Positions 39,124 through 50,229 are shown, counted from the first letter of the stretch. The stretch: DNA of 64,000 bases from Candidatus Nanohalarchaeota archaeon (GCA_017610385.1 JAFCCC010000001.1:64001-128000); one strand, 5' to 3'. Notes: generated from the sequence alone by a model not told the origin. Made by a program: numbers and translations.

Positions 39124-40203
39124 ATGAAAGTTTATTTGGCGTATCCCTGGATATTTCCAGATTCTCCGTATTATAAATATTTGATTGGAAACCCACCAGA
39201 AGGCGTGGAATATTTGAACGGGGCAAAACAAAATGGAGTTATTACCAATAGAAGAAAGTTTGTGTTTTCTAATAAACTAAAAAATATAATAAGAAAGTCT
39301 TTATCTTTAGCTAATCTTTCAATTCCAAATGCTCATAAAATTAAAACAAAAGAGAATTATGATTTAATTCACTGTGCACATTGTTTGTGCAAAAATAATT
39401 CTCCTTGGGTGGCAGATTTTGAATCTGTCTGGCAGTTTTATGTCGGAAAGAAAACAAAATGGGCAAAAAATAAAGTCAAAAAGATCTTACAAAACGAAAA
39501 CTGCAAAAAAATTATGGCATGGACAGAAAAGACAAAACAAGATATAATTACAGAGTTTCCTGAAATAAAAGACAAAGTTGAAGTTGTTTATCCTGCTGTG
39601 CCTTTACAAAAACTAAAAAAGAAAGAAAATAAGAAACCCACTATTTTGTATGCAACACGCTATTTTTGGATTAAGGGTGGTTTAATTGCGCTGGAAACTT
39701 TGCGCAGATTAAAAGAAAAATATGATATTAATATTATTTTTATTTCTGATATTCCTAAGGAAATAAAAGAAAAATATAAAGACATTAAAATCCTGGATTT
39801 GGTTCCACAAAACAAATTATTTGAATATTATTCAAAATCAGATATTTTCTTTTATCCATCTCTTATGGATACTTTTGGCTTTTCTTTGTTAGAGGCCATG
39901 TCTTTTGGATTGCCAATAGTTACAGTAAACACAGAAGCAACAAAAACAAGAAGAGAAATAATAGAAAATGAAAAAACTGGTTTTATCTTTGACGCCAATA
40001 AAGTAAATTACAAAAATCTAGGTAAACTTGAAAATAAGATTATAAGTCAGTTGGTTAAAGATCTATCCAAATTAGTTGAGAATCGGAAATTAAGACAAAG
40101 GATGGCACATAATTGTTTAAAACTATTTAAAAATGGAAAGTTCTCAATAAATAAACGGAATGAAAAACTAAAAAGAATTTATGATGGGGCTGTTTTTAAA
40201 TGA
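39124..40203 (+). CDS. Glycosyltransferase family 4
   Basis: DIFFYPSLMDTFGFSLLEAMSFGLP. Confidence 0.88.
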   Translation: MKVYLAYPWIFPDSPYYKYLIGNPPEGVEYLNGAKQNGVITNRRKFVFSNKLKNIIRKSLSLANLSIPNAHKIKTKENYDLIHCAHCLCKNNSPWVADFESVWQFYVGKKTKWAKNKVKKILQNENCKKIMAWTEKTKQDIITEFPEIKDKVEVVYPAVPLQKLKKKENKKPTILYATRYFWIKGGLIALETLRRLKEKYDINIIFISDIPKEIKEKYKDIKILDLVPQNKLFEYYSKSDIFFYPSLMDTFGFSLLEAMSFGLPIVTVNTEATKTRREIIENEKTGFIFDANKVNYKNLGKLENKIISQLVKDLSKLVENRKLRQRMAHNCLKLFKNGKFSINKRNEKLKRIYDGAVFK

Positions 40204-41090
40204 AAATTTCAGTGATTTCTACAGTTTTAAATGAAGAAAAAAACATATCTCAGTTTATGAAATCAATATTAAATCAATCCAAAAAGCCAGATGAAATTAT
40301 AATCGTTGATGGTGGCTCAAAGGACAAAACCTTTGAAATTCTCAGAGAATTTTCACAAAAGAATAAACTATTTGCAGTTTTTCAGGAAAAAGGTGCTAAT
40401 ATTTCTAGAGGAAGAAATATTGCAATTAAAAAAGCGAAGGGGGATATACTTATTGTTGCTGATGCGGGATGTGTTGTCGATAAAGATTGGATTAAAAACA
40501 CTATTGCATATTTTCCAGAAGCAGATGTTGTAGCAGGAAATTACAAGGCAATAACAAAAAACAATTTTGAATATTTTCAAAGCCTTTTGGTCGTTAAGTC
40601 AGTAGACCGGCCATCAAGAATGTCCTCTAGAAATATTTCTTTTAAAAAAGAATGTTGGAAAAGTGTGGGAGGATACCCTGAAGATTTTCTGACCGGAGAA
40701 GACACAAAATTTAATTTAATGTTTCAGAGAGCAGGATATAAAATAAAAATAAACCCAAAACAAGATGTTTCTTGGGAAATGAGGCCGACTCTGAAAAAAT
40801 TTGCAAGACAGTTTTATCTTTATGGAAAAGGAGATAGAAAACATGGAAATTTAATTGAAATGAAAAAGAATCTTGCAATGGTTTCAGGATTTTGGATCTA
40901 TTTTGTTTTGTTAATTTTGGCGGCTATCTTTAATTTAAAGGCATTTCTAGTATTGCTGGATTTGCCTGTGTTTGTGTTATTTGTATTTGGAATAAAATAC
41001 AGTATAAAAACAAAGAAAATCTCGGCATTATTCTGGATGCCCTTGTTATTGTTTGTTAAACGAGTAAGTTATATTTTGGGGGCAAGTTGA
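40200..41090 (+). CDS. Glycosyltransferase family 2
   Basis: ISVISTVLNE, VDGGSKD, RGRNIAI, ADAG, GEDT. Confidence 0.9.
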   Translation: MKISVISTVLNEEKNISQFMKSILNQSKKPDEIIIVDGGSKDKTFEILREFSQKNKLFAVFQEKGANISRGRNIAIKKAKGDILIVADAGCVVDKDWIKNTIAYFPEADVVAGNYKAITKNNFEYFQSLLVVKSVDRPSRMSSRNISFKKECWKSVGGYPEDFLTGEDTKFNLMFQRAGYKIKINPKQDVSWEMRPTLKKFARQFYLYGKGDRKHGNLIEMKKNLAMVSGFWIYFVLLILAAIFNLKAFLVLLDLPVFVLFVFGIKYSIKTKKISALFWMPLLLFVKRVSYILGAS

Positions 41091-41091
41091 A

Positions 41092-42045
41092 ATGATTGTT
41101 AATCTCATCGGAAACAGTTTTGACGAGAATTCTGGACAAGGAATTTATCGTTATTCTGCACAATTGTATAAAAATCTAAAGTTTATCGGATTAAATGTCC
41201 ATAAAAATGCCTTGGGAGATATAAACCATGTTCAACAACCAGAACTCATCTGGAAGGTCCTATTTAAAAAAAAGGTTGTTACAACCTTTCACGATCTTAT
41301 GCCTATATTTATTAAAGAAAGAAAATTGTTCTTTAGATTTTTTTTCTTTTTTTCCAGTTTGGTTGCAGCCATCAAATCAAAGAAAATCATAGCAGTATCT
41401 GAATCTACAAAAAAAGATATTCTAAAATATTTTCCGTTTACAAAAAATAAGATTTGTGTTATTTATGAGGGTGTGGATCATAAACGATTTTATCCTTTAA
41501 AAAGAAAGAATAACACAAATTTTACAGTAGGATATGTAGGGGGATTAGGCAAAAGAAAGAATGTTGAAAAGATATTAGAAGCTGCTCAGTTATTTAAAGA
41601 AGATAATAAAATAAAGTTTGTTATTGCGGGAAAGGGACCAGAATTAAATTCTTTAATTGAATTAAAAAAGAGATTAGGACTAAAAAATGTGCAATTTGCT
41701 GGTTTTATTCCTGAAAACAAGTTAAATGAATTTTATAATTCTTTAGACGTGTTTGTTTTTCCTTCTTTCTATGAAGGATTCGGACTTCCCGTTTTAGAGG
41801 CAATGGCTTGTGGGGTTCCAATCATAACTTCGAATGTAAGTTCCATGCCGGAATTGGTAGGCGCTTCAGGAAGGTTTATTAATACCAAAAATTCTAATGA
41901 GGTGGTAAATGAAATAATACAAATTTTTAAAGATGAGTCCTTAAAAGAGGATCTACATAAAAAGGGATTAAACCGAGCCAAAGAATTCACTTGGGAAAAA
42001 TGTGCTAAAGAACATTTAAAAATATATGCAGAATTAATAAAATGA
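41092..42045 (+). CDS. Glycosyltransferase family 4
   Basis: FVFPSFYEGFGLPVLEAMACGVP. Confidence 0.92.
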   Translation: MIVNLIGNSFDENSGQGIYRYSAQLYKNLKFIGLNVHKNALGDINHVQQPELIWKVLFKKKVVTTFHDLMPIFIKERKLFFRFFFFFSSLVAAIKSKKIIAVSESTKKDILKYFPFTKNKICVIYEGVDHKRFYPLKRKNNTNFTVGYVGGLGKRKNVEKILEAAQLFKEDNKIKFVIAGKGPELNSLIELKKRLGLKNVQFAGFIPENKLNEFYNSLDVFVFPSFYEGFGLPVLEAMACGVPIITSNVSSMPELVGASGRFINTKNSNEVVNEIIQIFKDESLKEDLHKKGLNRAKEFTWEKCAKEHLKIYAELIK

Positions 42046-42178
42046 TTATAAAAATAGATTTTATCGAATTATATTAAAACACTTACAACGATTAAAAGAA
42101 AGTAAATCCATCCAAAATAAACTAATCATTCTTAGATGCATGATTCGTTTAGAAAAATACTTGCGCTGGTGAGAAAAT

Positions 42179-42436
42179 ATGCAAAAAATAGTTTCTATAT
42201 ACATCTCCACATGGAATCGTGCAGAACATCTTAAAAATATTCTAAACAATGTAGCACAAGAAGCTAAGAACTTAGAAAAATATTTGCAGATTTATATTTC
42301 AGACAATGGTTCAACAGACAATACAGAAAAAGTAGTAAAATTATTTAAAAAAAGTAGTGTAAAAAGAGTAAGAGAATTCTTATGGGAAAAATGTGCTAAA
42401 GAAACTTTGGTAGTGTATAAGGGGATTTCGAAATGA
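42179..42436 (+). pseudogene. Chimeric remnant: GT2 N-terminus fused to a GT4 C-terminal tail
   Basis: VSIYISTWNRA..ISDNGSTDNT (GT2) joined directly to REFLWEKCAKETL (GT4 tail). Confidence 0.7.
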
Positions 42437-43227
42437 ACTTTAATAAAATTATAAAAGACTATTTTAGATTAATAAAAGAGGGGGAAACTTTTAAAGATAA
42501 AGGCATTATCCTTGTTTATTTCGTACAAATGCCCATAAGACAAATTATTAAGCGTTTTAGAAAGAATTATGCGATGCGATTAATTTCTAATGTAAGCTTA
42601 AAAAATAAAGATGGGAGATATTTTTGTGGGGACAATATTTTTGCGGCATGGTGTTGTAGCACCTTGGGGGAAGAAAATGTAAGTTCGAATATCGTCTTAA
42701 ATTCTGGGGTATTTGTAGATGTTGGGGCAAATGTTGGAAAATATACTGTTAAACTTGGAAATCAATTAAAGAATAAGGGAACTGTAATAGCAGTAGAGCC
42801 AGAACCAGTAAATTTCAAAGCATTACAAAAAAATGTAAAATTAAATAACCTCGAAAATGTTTTTTTGGAGAATGTTGCTTGCTCCGATTCAAACGGATTT
42901 GCAGAATTTTATATTGATGTTATGGGAAATTATGGGGGCGCTCACTCCTTAATCAAAAAAACAAAGAATAAAATAAAAGTTAAAACTCGAAGATTAGATC
43001 ATATCATAGATAAACTAAAAATGGAGAATATAGACTTAATTAAAATAGATGTTGAAGGCGCAGAGGCAAACGTACTGAAAGGTGCTTCGAACGTTTTGAA
43101 GAAATATCATCCAAAAATTATCTTTGAATCCTGGAATAAAAAACAACTAGAAACCGTGAAAAACGTATTAAAACCATTTAATTATAAAATTGAAAAAATT
43201 GATAAGGAGAATTATTTAGCGTGTTAA
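42433..43227 (+). CDS. FkbM-family methyltransferase
   Basis: FVDVGANVGKY, AVEPEP, IKIDVEGAE. Confidence 0.9.
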   Translation: MNFNKIIKDYFRLIKEGETFKDKGIILVYFVQMPIRQIIKRFRKNYAMRLISNVSLKNKDGRYFCGDNIFAAWCCSTLGEENVSSNIVLNSGVFVDVGANVGKYTVKLGNQLKNKGTVIAVEPEPVNFKALQKNVKLNNLENVFLENVACSDSNGFAEFYIDVMGNYGGAHSLIKKTKNKIKVKTRRLDHIIDKLKMENIDLIKIDVEGAEANVLKGASNVLKKYHPKIIFESWNKKQLETVKNVLKPFNYKIEKIDKENYLAC

Positions 43228-43353
43228 GATAAAAACATTAATTGTGGGATCTACTATTGTTGAATTTACGTAATAATTCTTTTGGAAAATATACGTTAAT
43301 TTAAAAAAGCTTCTGTGAGTGCAGTTATAAAAATATTCAACCAAATAAAAACA

Positions 43354-44393
43354 ATGAAAAATGAGGAAATAAAAACTGTCGCGATAATCAATGAAGACTG
43401 TGTGGGCACGAGCAAGGGACGATATGCTATACAGATGGCGAAATTGCTTAATAAAAAAATCAAAGTTAAACTTTTTCTAAGAGATACTGCACCATATAAC
43501 TCCGAATTTGTTGTGAAAGTAAAAACATTTAAAACAAAGATAAGAATACTTGCCGGCCTAGGTTATTATATTCCTTTATTTTTTAAATTAAGAAAAGACA
43601 AATCTATTGACATTATTCACGCTCAAGATGATAAAACTGGTGCTTTTGCAATCGTTTTAAAAAAACCGCTAATAAGTACCTTTTGCGATGCTATTCCGTT
43701 CAACTTTAACTTCCCATTTAATTTTCAGGGGGTTGCACATCTTTTTACATAAAGCTAAATCAATTGTAGTCATTTCGAACAGCACAGGAAATTTGTTGAT
43801 AAAAAAATATTCATCACTCTCAAAAAAGGTTGTACCGATTCATCTTGGAGTAGATATAAATAAATTTCAGCCGAGTGTCAAGAAAAATCCGGACCACCCA
43901 AACCTAGGAATATTGGGCAATTTGGATCAACAATTAGCAGCCGTTTTTGAAAGGATTTTGAAGGAATACAGAAAAAATGCGGGACTCGATCTTGCAGGAA
44001 AAGGTCTTTCTAAAAAATTCAGTCAATTCAACTGCATCCAGGAAATTATTTTTAAGGGTTTTGTAAAAAGAGTCAGAGCTTCCGAAACATTATCAAAACA
44101 TTGATATTTTTGTATACAAAACAAATGTAGAATGATTTGGACTAATTCCATTAGAAGCTATGGCGTGTGGGTGTGCGGTGGTTGCAATTAATGTGGACTC
44201 CTTACCAGAAGTAATTAAAGATGGTGGGTTGCTTGTAGAAAACACAGAAGATGCGTTTTACAGTGCCATCAAAAGATTAATAGAAAATAAAAACCTCAGA
44301 GAAGAATATCAAAAGAAAGGACGAGAACGTGCTAAAAAATTAACTTGGGAAAATGTGCGAAGAAACATTTGGAACCTTATAAGAAAGTTTTAA
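43354..44393 (+). pseudogene. Degraded GT4 glycosyltransferase
   Basis: Three ORF pieces in different frames; in-frame TGA at 44133 inside E*FGLIPLEAMACG; frameshifted WEK tail. Confidence 0.8.
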
Positions 44394-44435
44394 ATGAGAG
44401 GGATACGACGTATCTTGCGTGATGGGCATAACTTT

Positions 44436-45911
44436 TTATTTTCTGACCGGGGTAAATTTCCTGATCATTTCTTTGTCTTTTTTATCAAATCCTTTTAGTA
44501 AATACATTACCGAAAAATAAAGTACTATAGCTAAAAAAATAATTACAACCATCTTCATGATTTTGGGTAAAGAAGTTTGTAAAATTAAAATGGTTGAAAA
44601 AGCCATAATCGCAGAAGAAATAATTGGCTTAAAAATGTAACTTAAGTTTAGTTTTATTTTTTTTCTTATAAACTTAATAGAAAGTAGGAATAATAATATA
44701 AGAGAAGTAACTGTGGCTATTGCGGCTCCATTAATACCCCATAACGGAATTAAGAAATAATTCAGAATTACATTTAAAATTGCTGCAATGAATGTATACT
44801 TCATTATCTTTCTAGGCTCATTTATTCCTGCAATAAAGCTCCTAGAAATCACAATCAAAGAAGTGAAAATTGTTCCTATACTTAAAATTCTAAATGCGGG
44901 AACTGCTGCCAAGTATTCTGAAGTAAATAAAATCTGAATAATTGGTTTAGCTAATAAAAAAGATCCTGTGGCCGCTGGAAGAATGAAATAAATAGAATAT
45001 TTTAATGATCGATTAAAAATCTCACCCAAACTTTTTTTATCTTTTTTTGCATTTAATTGAGAAATCATGGGAAATAATGCTACTGCTAATGCAGCCATTA
45101 CCATACTTAGCAGACCTACGACAGGTAGAGCAACATTATAATAACCAACATCTTTCGCTGTTAAAAAATAACCTATAAAAAACGAATCAGTCCATCCTAA
45201 AAACGTTGCTGCAATCCCTGCCATAAAAAGTGGAACTCCAAAACTAAGTAGTTTTTTTGCTAAGTTAAACTCTGCTTTTTTGAAAATTATGGGTGTTGTG
45301 TGTTTGTAAGCTACAACAAGAAAAACGAACATCACAAAAAAACTCAAAGAATAAGCCCAAGTTGCTCCGAGAATCTTGAAACCTAAACTGAAAAATAAAA
45401 TTGTAAGTAAAAACTTTGAACCTTTTTCAATTACACCAGAGAAAGAAAGAATTCCCATCTTTTGAAATCCTGTGAGTACTCCACTAAAAAGACCGCTAAA
45501 TAAACTAAAAAATACTGCTAATGATCCGATTTTGAAAGGAATTACTGCTAAGGGATTATGAAAAACATTTATTGCAAAAAAGCCTGAAAGAAAAAATAAT
45601 AAAACTGAACCTAAAGTCGCTGTGAAAACGGTAATTGGTGCGGCAGTGGAAAAAATCGTATGAATCTCTTTCTTTTGAGAAATGTATTCAGAAGTATATT
45701 TGGTTATTGCACTTGGAAGTCCTAAAGAAAAAAAGGTTGTAAAAAATCCGACCATCATTAAAACCAAAGAGAATACTCCATATTCTTCTGGTCCAAGACC
45801 TCTGGCTAAAATTATCTTATAAAAAAAAGAAATAAAATATCCTGCAAGTGAACCCATAAAAAGTAAGCTGGTCCCTTTGGCTATTTTTACAGTTAGGTTC
45901 TCTGGGTTCAT
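44436..45911 (-). CDS. Oligosaccharide flippase (Wzx/MOP family)
   Basis: ARGLGPEEYG, DSFFIGYF..VGYYNVA, LIPLWGINGAAIAT; many TM helices. Confidence 0.9.
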   Translation of the reverse strand: MNPENLTVKIAKGTSLLFMGSLAGYFISFFYKIILARGLGPEEYGVFSLVLMMVGFFTTFFSLGLPSAITKYTSEYISQKKEIHTIFSTAAPITVFTATLGSVLLFFLSGFFAINVFHNPLAVIPFKIGSLAVFFSLFSGLFSGVLTGFQKMGILSFSGVIEKGSKFLLTILFFSLGFKILGATWAYSLSFFVMFVFLVVAYKHTTPIIFKKAEFNLAKKLLSFGVPLFMAGIAATFLGWTDSFFIGYFLTAKDVGYYNVALPVVGLLSMVMAALAVALFPMISQLNAKKDKKSLGEIFNRSLKYSIYFILPAATGSFLLAKPIIQILFTSEYLAAVPAFRILSIGTIFTSLIVISRSFIAGINEPRKIMKYTFIAAILNVILNYFLIPLWGINGAAIATVTSLILLFLLSIKFIRKKIKLNLSYIFKPIISSAIMAFSTILILQTSLPKIMKMVVIIFLAIVLYFSVMYLLKGFDKKDKEMIRKFTPVRK

Positions 45912-46136
45912 ATAGTATTTTTATTCAAATAGATATATTATATTTTTCGCTTTGCCTAACTATGTAAAAATAACGTCGAAATTAAGAGGCAAGACTAACG
46001 TGTAATTATAAAAGTGGTGTTTAAAATGGGGGTTTGGTCTATATTTCTATAAATTGATTGCAATAAGTAACTTTATAAAAAGAAAATAAAAAATAAATTC
46101 AGAGAATTTGTTAGGAATATCTTTGCAAGGATAAAA

Positions 46137-46889
46137 ATGAGTATCAAACTGACCAATCAAAAAACGATTTTACCAAATGTTTTTGTAGTTGGCGCTACAC
46201 GTTGTGGAACCACTTCTTTATATCAGTACCTGGGAGAACATCCAGAAATTTATAAGCCACCTTATAAATGTGCGGAATTATTCCTTACAGAAAAAATAGA
46301 TTACAAAAAAGCTCGATTACTCTATAATAAAAGTACAGACGCCCTACGCCTAGATTGTAGCCATTATTTTCATCTTGAATCTGCTGCTGAAAGAATAAAA
46401 TCCGCGGTTCCTGATGCGAAAATAATCATTGGACTTAGGCCCGCTAAAGAATTGTTTCTTTCAAGTTATATTTATCGCCAAAATAAGGGAGAAATTCCTA
46501 AAAAGCTTACCTTTGAGGAGTACACACATACGTATATGGATAAAGGAAAGTGGTATGTAGTAGAACATTTAAAATATGACCGCAACATAAATTTTTGGAT
46601 TTCTCGATTCGGGAAAAAAAATGTGTTAATATTTCAATTTGAAGAACTTGCTACTGACGCACCTCAACTATGTAAAAGAATCTTTAAATTTTTGGGGGTT
46701 GATAATACTTTTAGGCCACACATCTACCAATATAACAAACGTGATAGCAACATTCCCCGTACACGTTGGTTAAATAATTTCGTTAAAAGACTACCTCTAA
46801 GCTGGCGGCTAAGAGTTAAAGAGATGTTTCCAATCTTAGAAAAAATATATTCGGAAGTAATTTATTCTAAAATGGAAAAAGCGGAATAG
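46137..46889 (+). CDS. PAPS-dependent sulfotransferase
   Basis: PNVFVVGATRCGTTSLYQYLGEHPEI (5'-PSB loop), AKIIIGLR, FEEL..IFKFLGV. Confidence 0.85.
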   Translation: MSIKLTNQKTILPNVFVVGATRCGTTSLYQYLGEHPEIYKPPYKCAELFLTEKIDYKKARLLYNKSTDALRLDCSHYFHLESAAERIKSAVPDAKIIIGLRPAKELFLSSYIYRQNKGEIPKKLTFEEYTHTYMDKGKWYVVEHLKYDRNINFWISRFGKKNVLIFQFEELATDAPQLCKRIFKFLGVDNTFRPHIYQYNKRDSNIPRTRWLNNFVKRLPLSWRLRVKEMFPILEKIYSEVIYSKMEKAE

Positions 46890-46894
46890 ATTTT

Positions 46895-47419
46895 CTAGTA
46901 ATTGCATTCCTTTAAAAATGAAATAATTTCAGTTACAGATTTGTTTGGTGCTTCTTCATAAGTATTTACAATTATTTCTGGATTTGTGGGCGGTTCGTAA
47001 GGAACATTTTCTGAAACACCTATAAAGTTTTCAATTTCGCCCCCAAGGGCCCTTTTGTAAAGCCCCTTAATGTCTCTTTTAATGCAATATTTCAAAGAGC
47101 AGTTTACATAAACTTCTATAAATTCATCGCCCAACCTTTGCCTTGCAAATCTTCTAGACACTGCAAATGGAGAAATTATTGGAACTAATATGAAATCATA
47201 ATTTTCTTTTTCTTTGGCACAAATTTCGGCAATGAGTCTGTTATTTTCTTTAATATCTTCTGGAGTAAATCCTAAATGTGTATGAAATTTCGATCTAACT
47301 ACATCTCCGTCTAGTACAAGTGTTTTTTTGTGTTTTAGAAATGGGTGTTTTATCAAGGCATTAGAAATTGTTGTTTTCCCTGATCCAGAAAGTCCGGTGA
47401 ACCAAATTATTTTTCCCAT
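46895..47419 (-). CDS. cysC: Adenylyl-sulfate kinase
   Basis: IWFTGLSGSGKTT, LDGDVVR, RDIKGLY, PYEPP. Confidence 0.93.
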   Translation of the reverse strand: MGKIIWFTGLSGSGKTTISNALIKHPFLKHKKTLVLDGDVVRSKFHTHLGFTPEDIKENNRLIAEICAKEKENYDFILVPIISPFAVSRRFARQRLGDEFIEVYVNCSLKYCIKRDIKGLYKRALGGEIENFIGVSENVPYEPPTNPEIIVNTYEEAPNKSVTEIISFLKECNY

Positions 47420-49632
47420 TACAAATCACTTACAAAAACTTTTTCCCCTGTGTTAATCTTGTTTATAATCAATTGAGAGATTTCTGGTCTCATAAACCAT
47501 TCAGGGGGTTTTTTTCCTTGCATCAATAGTTTTCTAGCATGAGTTCCTGAAATGTGTTTTTTTTGAGTCTCAGGGTGATCTAAATAATCATCTTCATGTA
47601 TGTGTTTGTTTTCCAATGTTGAATAAAATACCTTGTTATATTTTATAGGAATAATTCCTATTTCCTCTTTTCCAAATTGGTCAAATATTTTGTGAGATGC
47701 CTGCGGATCATAGTAATTTTTAACTCCTGTGTGATCTCTGCCTACAATAAAGTGACTGCATCCAAAATTTTTTCGAACTAATGCAGTAAAGACCGCTTCT
47801 CTCGGTCCTGCGTATCGAGAATATGAAGAAAATGTTGAAAAAATTACCTTACCTTTCGGATAAATTTCGTTTATCATTTTTTCATAAGTTGTAATTATGG
47901 CACTTGCCTCAAAATCACCCTTTTTCTTTTTTCCTATAATGGGGTGAACAAATAGACCATCACACAAAAATTTCTTCATGGCATCCATTTGAATAAACTC
48001 ATGAGATCTATGAATAACATTTCTAGTATGAAACGCAACAATTTTACTCCATCCTCTCTCAGAAAAAATTCTTCTAATTTGTCTGGGTGTTAAATTATAT
48101 AACTGAAAACCATTGTTTCTTCTTTTAATTAGATCTATTTTTCCTGCTAAAAAATACTGCCCCGAATCAAAAAAAGTTTTAACTCCAGGGTGATTCAAAT
48201 CAGTTGTTCCAAACCATTTTTTTGCTGTGTCTTGCATATTTACTTGATAAATTTGTTCTAAATGTAATAGTGCGTGCGGTTGAGAATCCTTGTTATAAAC
48301 AAGTAAAACATCTTGACCGTCCTGTAAGCCCTCGATGGTTTTAGTCTGTAATATTATTGGCATAGGCCACACAACACCGTTTTTAAGTCTCATTGTGTGC
48401 AAAACAGACATTAGATTTTCTTTATTCATAAAACCTTCTAAAGGGCTAAATGCTCCACAGGCAATTTGTTCAACATCCATAAGATTTGTTTCATCAATGC
48501 TAATTTTTGGCATTGTGAGCATTTGTTGTGAATCAAATCCTTTTTTTATATATCTCTCAATTAGTTTGCCTCCGTGGGGTGGCACCAACAAATTGTCTGT
48601 AGTATCTGTTATATTGAATTCCGATAAATCTTTGTTTTTATCAAATTCACGTATTAGTGCAGAAAGCATATTCAAAGTTTCTATGGGATAGTTCCCGATT
48701 GCAGTCTCTTTTGTTAGAACAAATCCTGTTGCACCGTCAAATAAAGTATTTATGACATCGTTAACTTCTGATTTTGAGGGTTTACGACATACAGACATAT
48801 TTTCAAGGGTATTCGTAGCAACATAAACTTCTTTATTCAATTCATTTGCTTTTTTTAAAATGCTTTTTTGAACAAAGGGTAGTTTCTGCAAAGGTACTTC
48901 TCTGCTTAAATCTCCTCGATCTATTAAAATTCCTTCAGAAAACTCTAAAAGCTCTTCTAAATTCTCGAGAGCTTCTCTGGTTTCAATTTTGGTTAAAAAT
49001 GTTGCATCACAATATAATTTCTGAAATTCCAGAAGATCTTTTTTATTATGAATGAAAGAAAGACTAAATTGTTTTACTCCGAGTTTTTTTGCGAGTTCTA
49101 TTGCAAATCTGTCTTTTTCACTAAAGGTTGGAGCATCTAACTTTGGTTCTAAATGAGCTCCTTTTTGTCCACCAATCTTACCGCCCAATAAAACAGTACC
49201 TTCTACAAAACCTTCATGAATTGTTGAGGTGTTACTTATTTTAATTAATGCGGAATTAAAATCAAGGGAAATCAGTGTCCCTTCTTCAAGTTGTTCAACA
49301 ACAGTTAAAGGTCTCAGAAAAAATGTTTTGTTGTCTGTCTCTACTTCTCGATTGTATATTCGAATTTTATCTCCTTCTTCGAAAGTGATTTCATGGACAT
49401 TTCCTGTCCGTATTTGGCGCCCTTCTGTATCTAACATAATTGGTACACCATATGTTTTTAATTCTATAATTTTCTTTTCAATGTCTTCTTTAGAGGTATG
49501 AGACAAATTTATGCGAAAATAATCTACAGATCTATCTTTTAATTTCTTGAGAACTTCGGGGTTAAATGATGCTTCTCCAATTGTAGCAATTATTTTTATG
49601 TTCTTAATCATAATTATCTCATGTGCATTCAT
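47419..49632 (-). CDS. Pyruvate-kinase-like domain fused to ATP sulfurylase (Sat)
   Basis: N-terminal ATIG, RINLSH, KIET, RGDL, ETAIG; C-terminal PHGGKL, GAFSPLEGFM, FHTRNVIHRSHE, YAGPREA, HFIVGRDH, WFMRPE. Confidence 0.88.
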   Translation of the reverse strand: MNAHEIIMIKNIKIIATIGEASFNPEVLKKLKDRSVDYFRINLSHTSKEDIEKKIIELKTYGVPIMLDTEGRQIRTGNVHEITFEEGDKIRIYNREVETDNKTFFLRPLTVVEQLEEGTLISLDFNSALIKISNTSTIHEGFVEGTVLLGGKIGGQKGAHLEPKLDAPTFSEKDRFAIELAKKLGVKQFSLSFIHNKKDLLEFQKLYCDATFLTKIETREALENLEELLEFSEGILIDRGDLSREVPLQKLPFVQKSILKKANELNKEVYVATNTLENMSVCRKPSKSEVNDVINTLFDGATGFVLTKETAIGNYPIETLNMLSALIREFDKNKDLSEFNITDTTDNLLVPPHGGKLIERYIKKGFDSQQMLTMPKISIDETNLMDVEQIACGAFSPLEGFMNKENLMSVLHTMRLKNGVVWPMPIILQTKTIEGLQDGQDVLLVYNKDSQPHALLHLEQIYQVNMQDTAKKWFGTTDLNHPGVKTFFDSGQYFLAGKIDLIKRRNNGFQLYNLTPRQIRRIFSERGWSKIVAFHTRNVIHRSHEFIQMDAMKKFLCDGLFVHPIIGKKKKGDFEASAIITTYEKMINEIYPKGKVIFSTFSSYSRYAGPREAVFTALVRKNFGCSHFIVGRDHTGVKNYYDPQASHKIFDQFGKEEIGIIPIKYNKVFYSTLENKHIHEDDYLDHPETQKKHISGTHARKLLMQGKKPPEWFMRPEISQLIINKINTGEKVFVSDL

Positions 49633-49774
49633 TTTTAAATAATTATAAAATGGTGGTGTCTTTTTTGGTTCTTAAACTGTCTATTGCAGTAGAGGCTGGC
49701 TTATAAAAATGAAAACGCCAGTAGATTCTTCGCACATTAATAAATTATTTAAACATTCATTCTAATTTCAAACT

Positions 49775-50137
49775 ATGACAAAAACAGAGAAACCTTGGGG
49801 GTATGAAGAAATAATATTTAACACAGAAATTGATTCTGGGAAAGGTTATATTCCTATTGCATTAAAAAAGTTTGCTGTAGACAGCGAACAAATGACTTCT
49901 TACCACATACATAAAAAAATCAATGAAATTTTGTATGTAAACAAAGGGATGATTGAAGTTAGGTTGGAAAATGATGTCATTTCTTTAAATGAAGGCCAGT
50001 CTTATTTTATTGAGACAAAAATACCTCATCAAATTCAAAATATTACATCAAAAGTTGTTGAAGTTATTGAGGTTTCTTTTCCATTTGATTTAAAGGATGA
50101 GGAAAGAATTGAGGATCCTTATTCTGAACAGAGATGA
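49775..50137 (+). CDS. Cupin (mannose-6-phosphate isomerase type II C-terminal-like)
   Basis: EKPWGYE, SYHIH..NE, PHQIQN, RIEDPY. Confidence 0.8.
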   Translation: MTKTEKPWGYEEIIFNTEIDSGKGYIPIALKKFAVDSEQMTSYHIHKKINEILYVNKGMIEVRLENDVISLNEGQSYFIETKIPHQIQNITSKVVEVIEVSFPFDLKDEERIEDPYSEQR

Positions 50138-50229
50138 TGCGTTAAATTAAACCGCAAAAGCTTATTAGGGGTTAAGTTAGCTTGTCAGAAACAAACCATT
50201 ATATGTCTAGCCTAATTATAGTATGAGTT

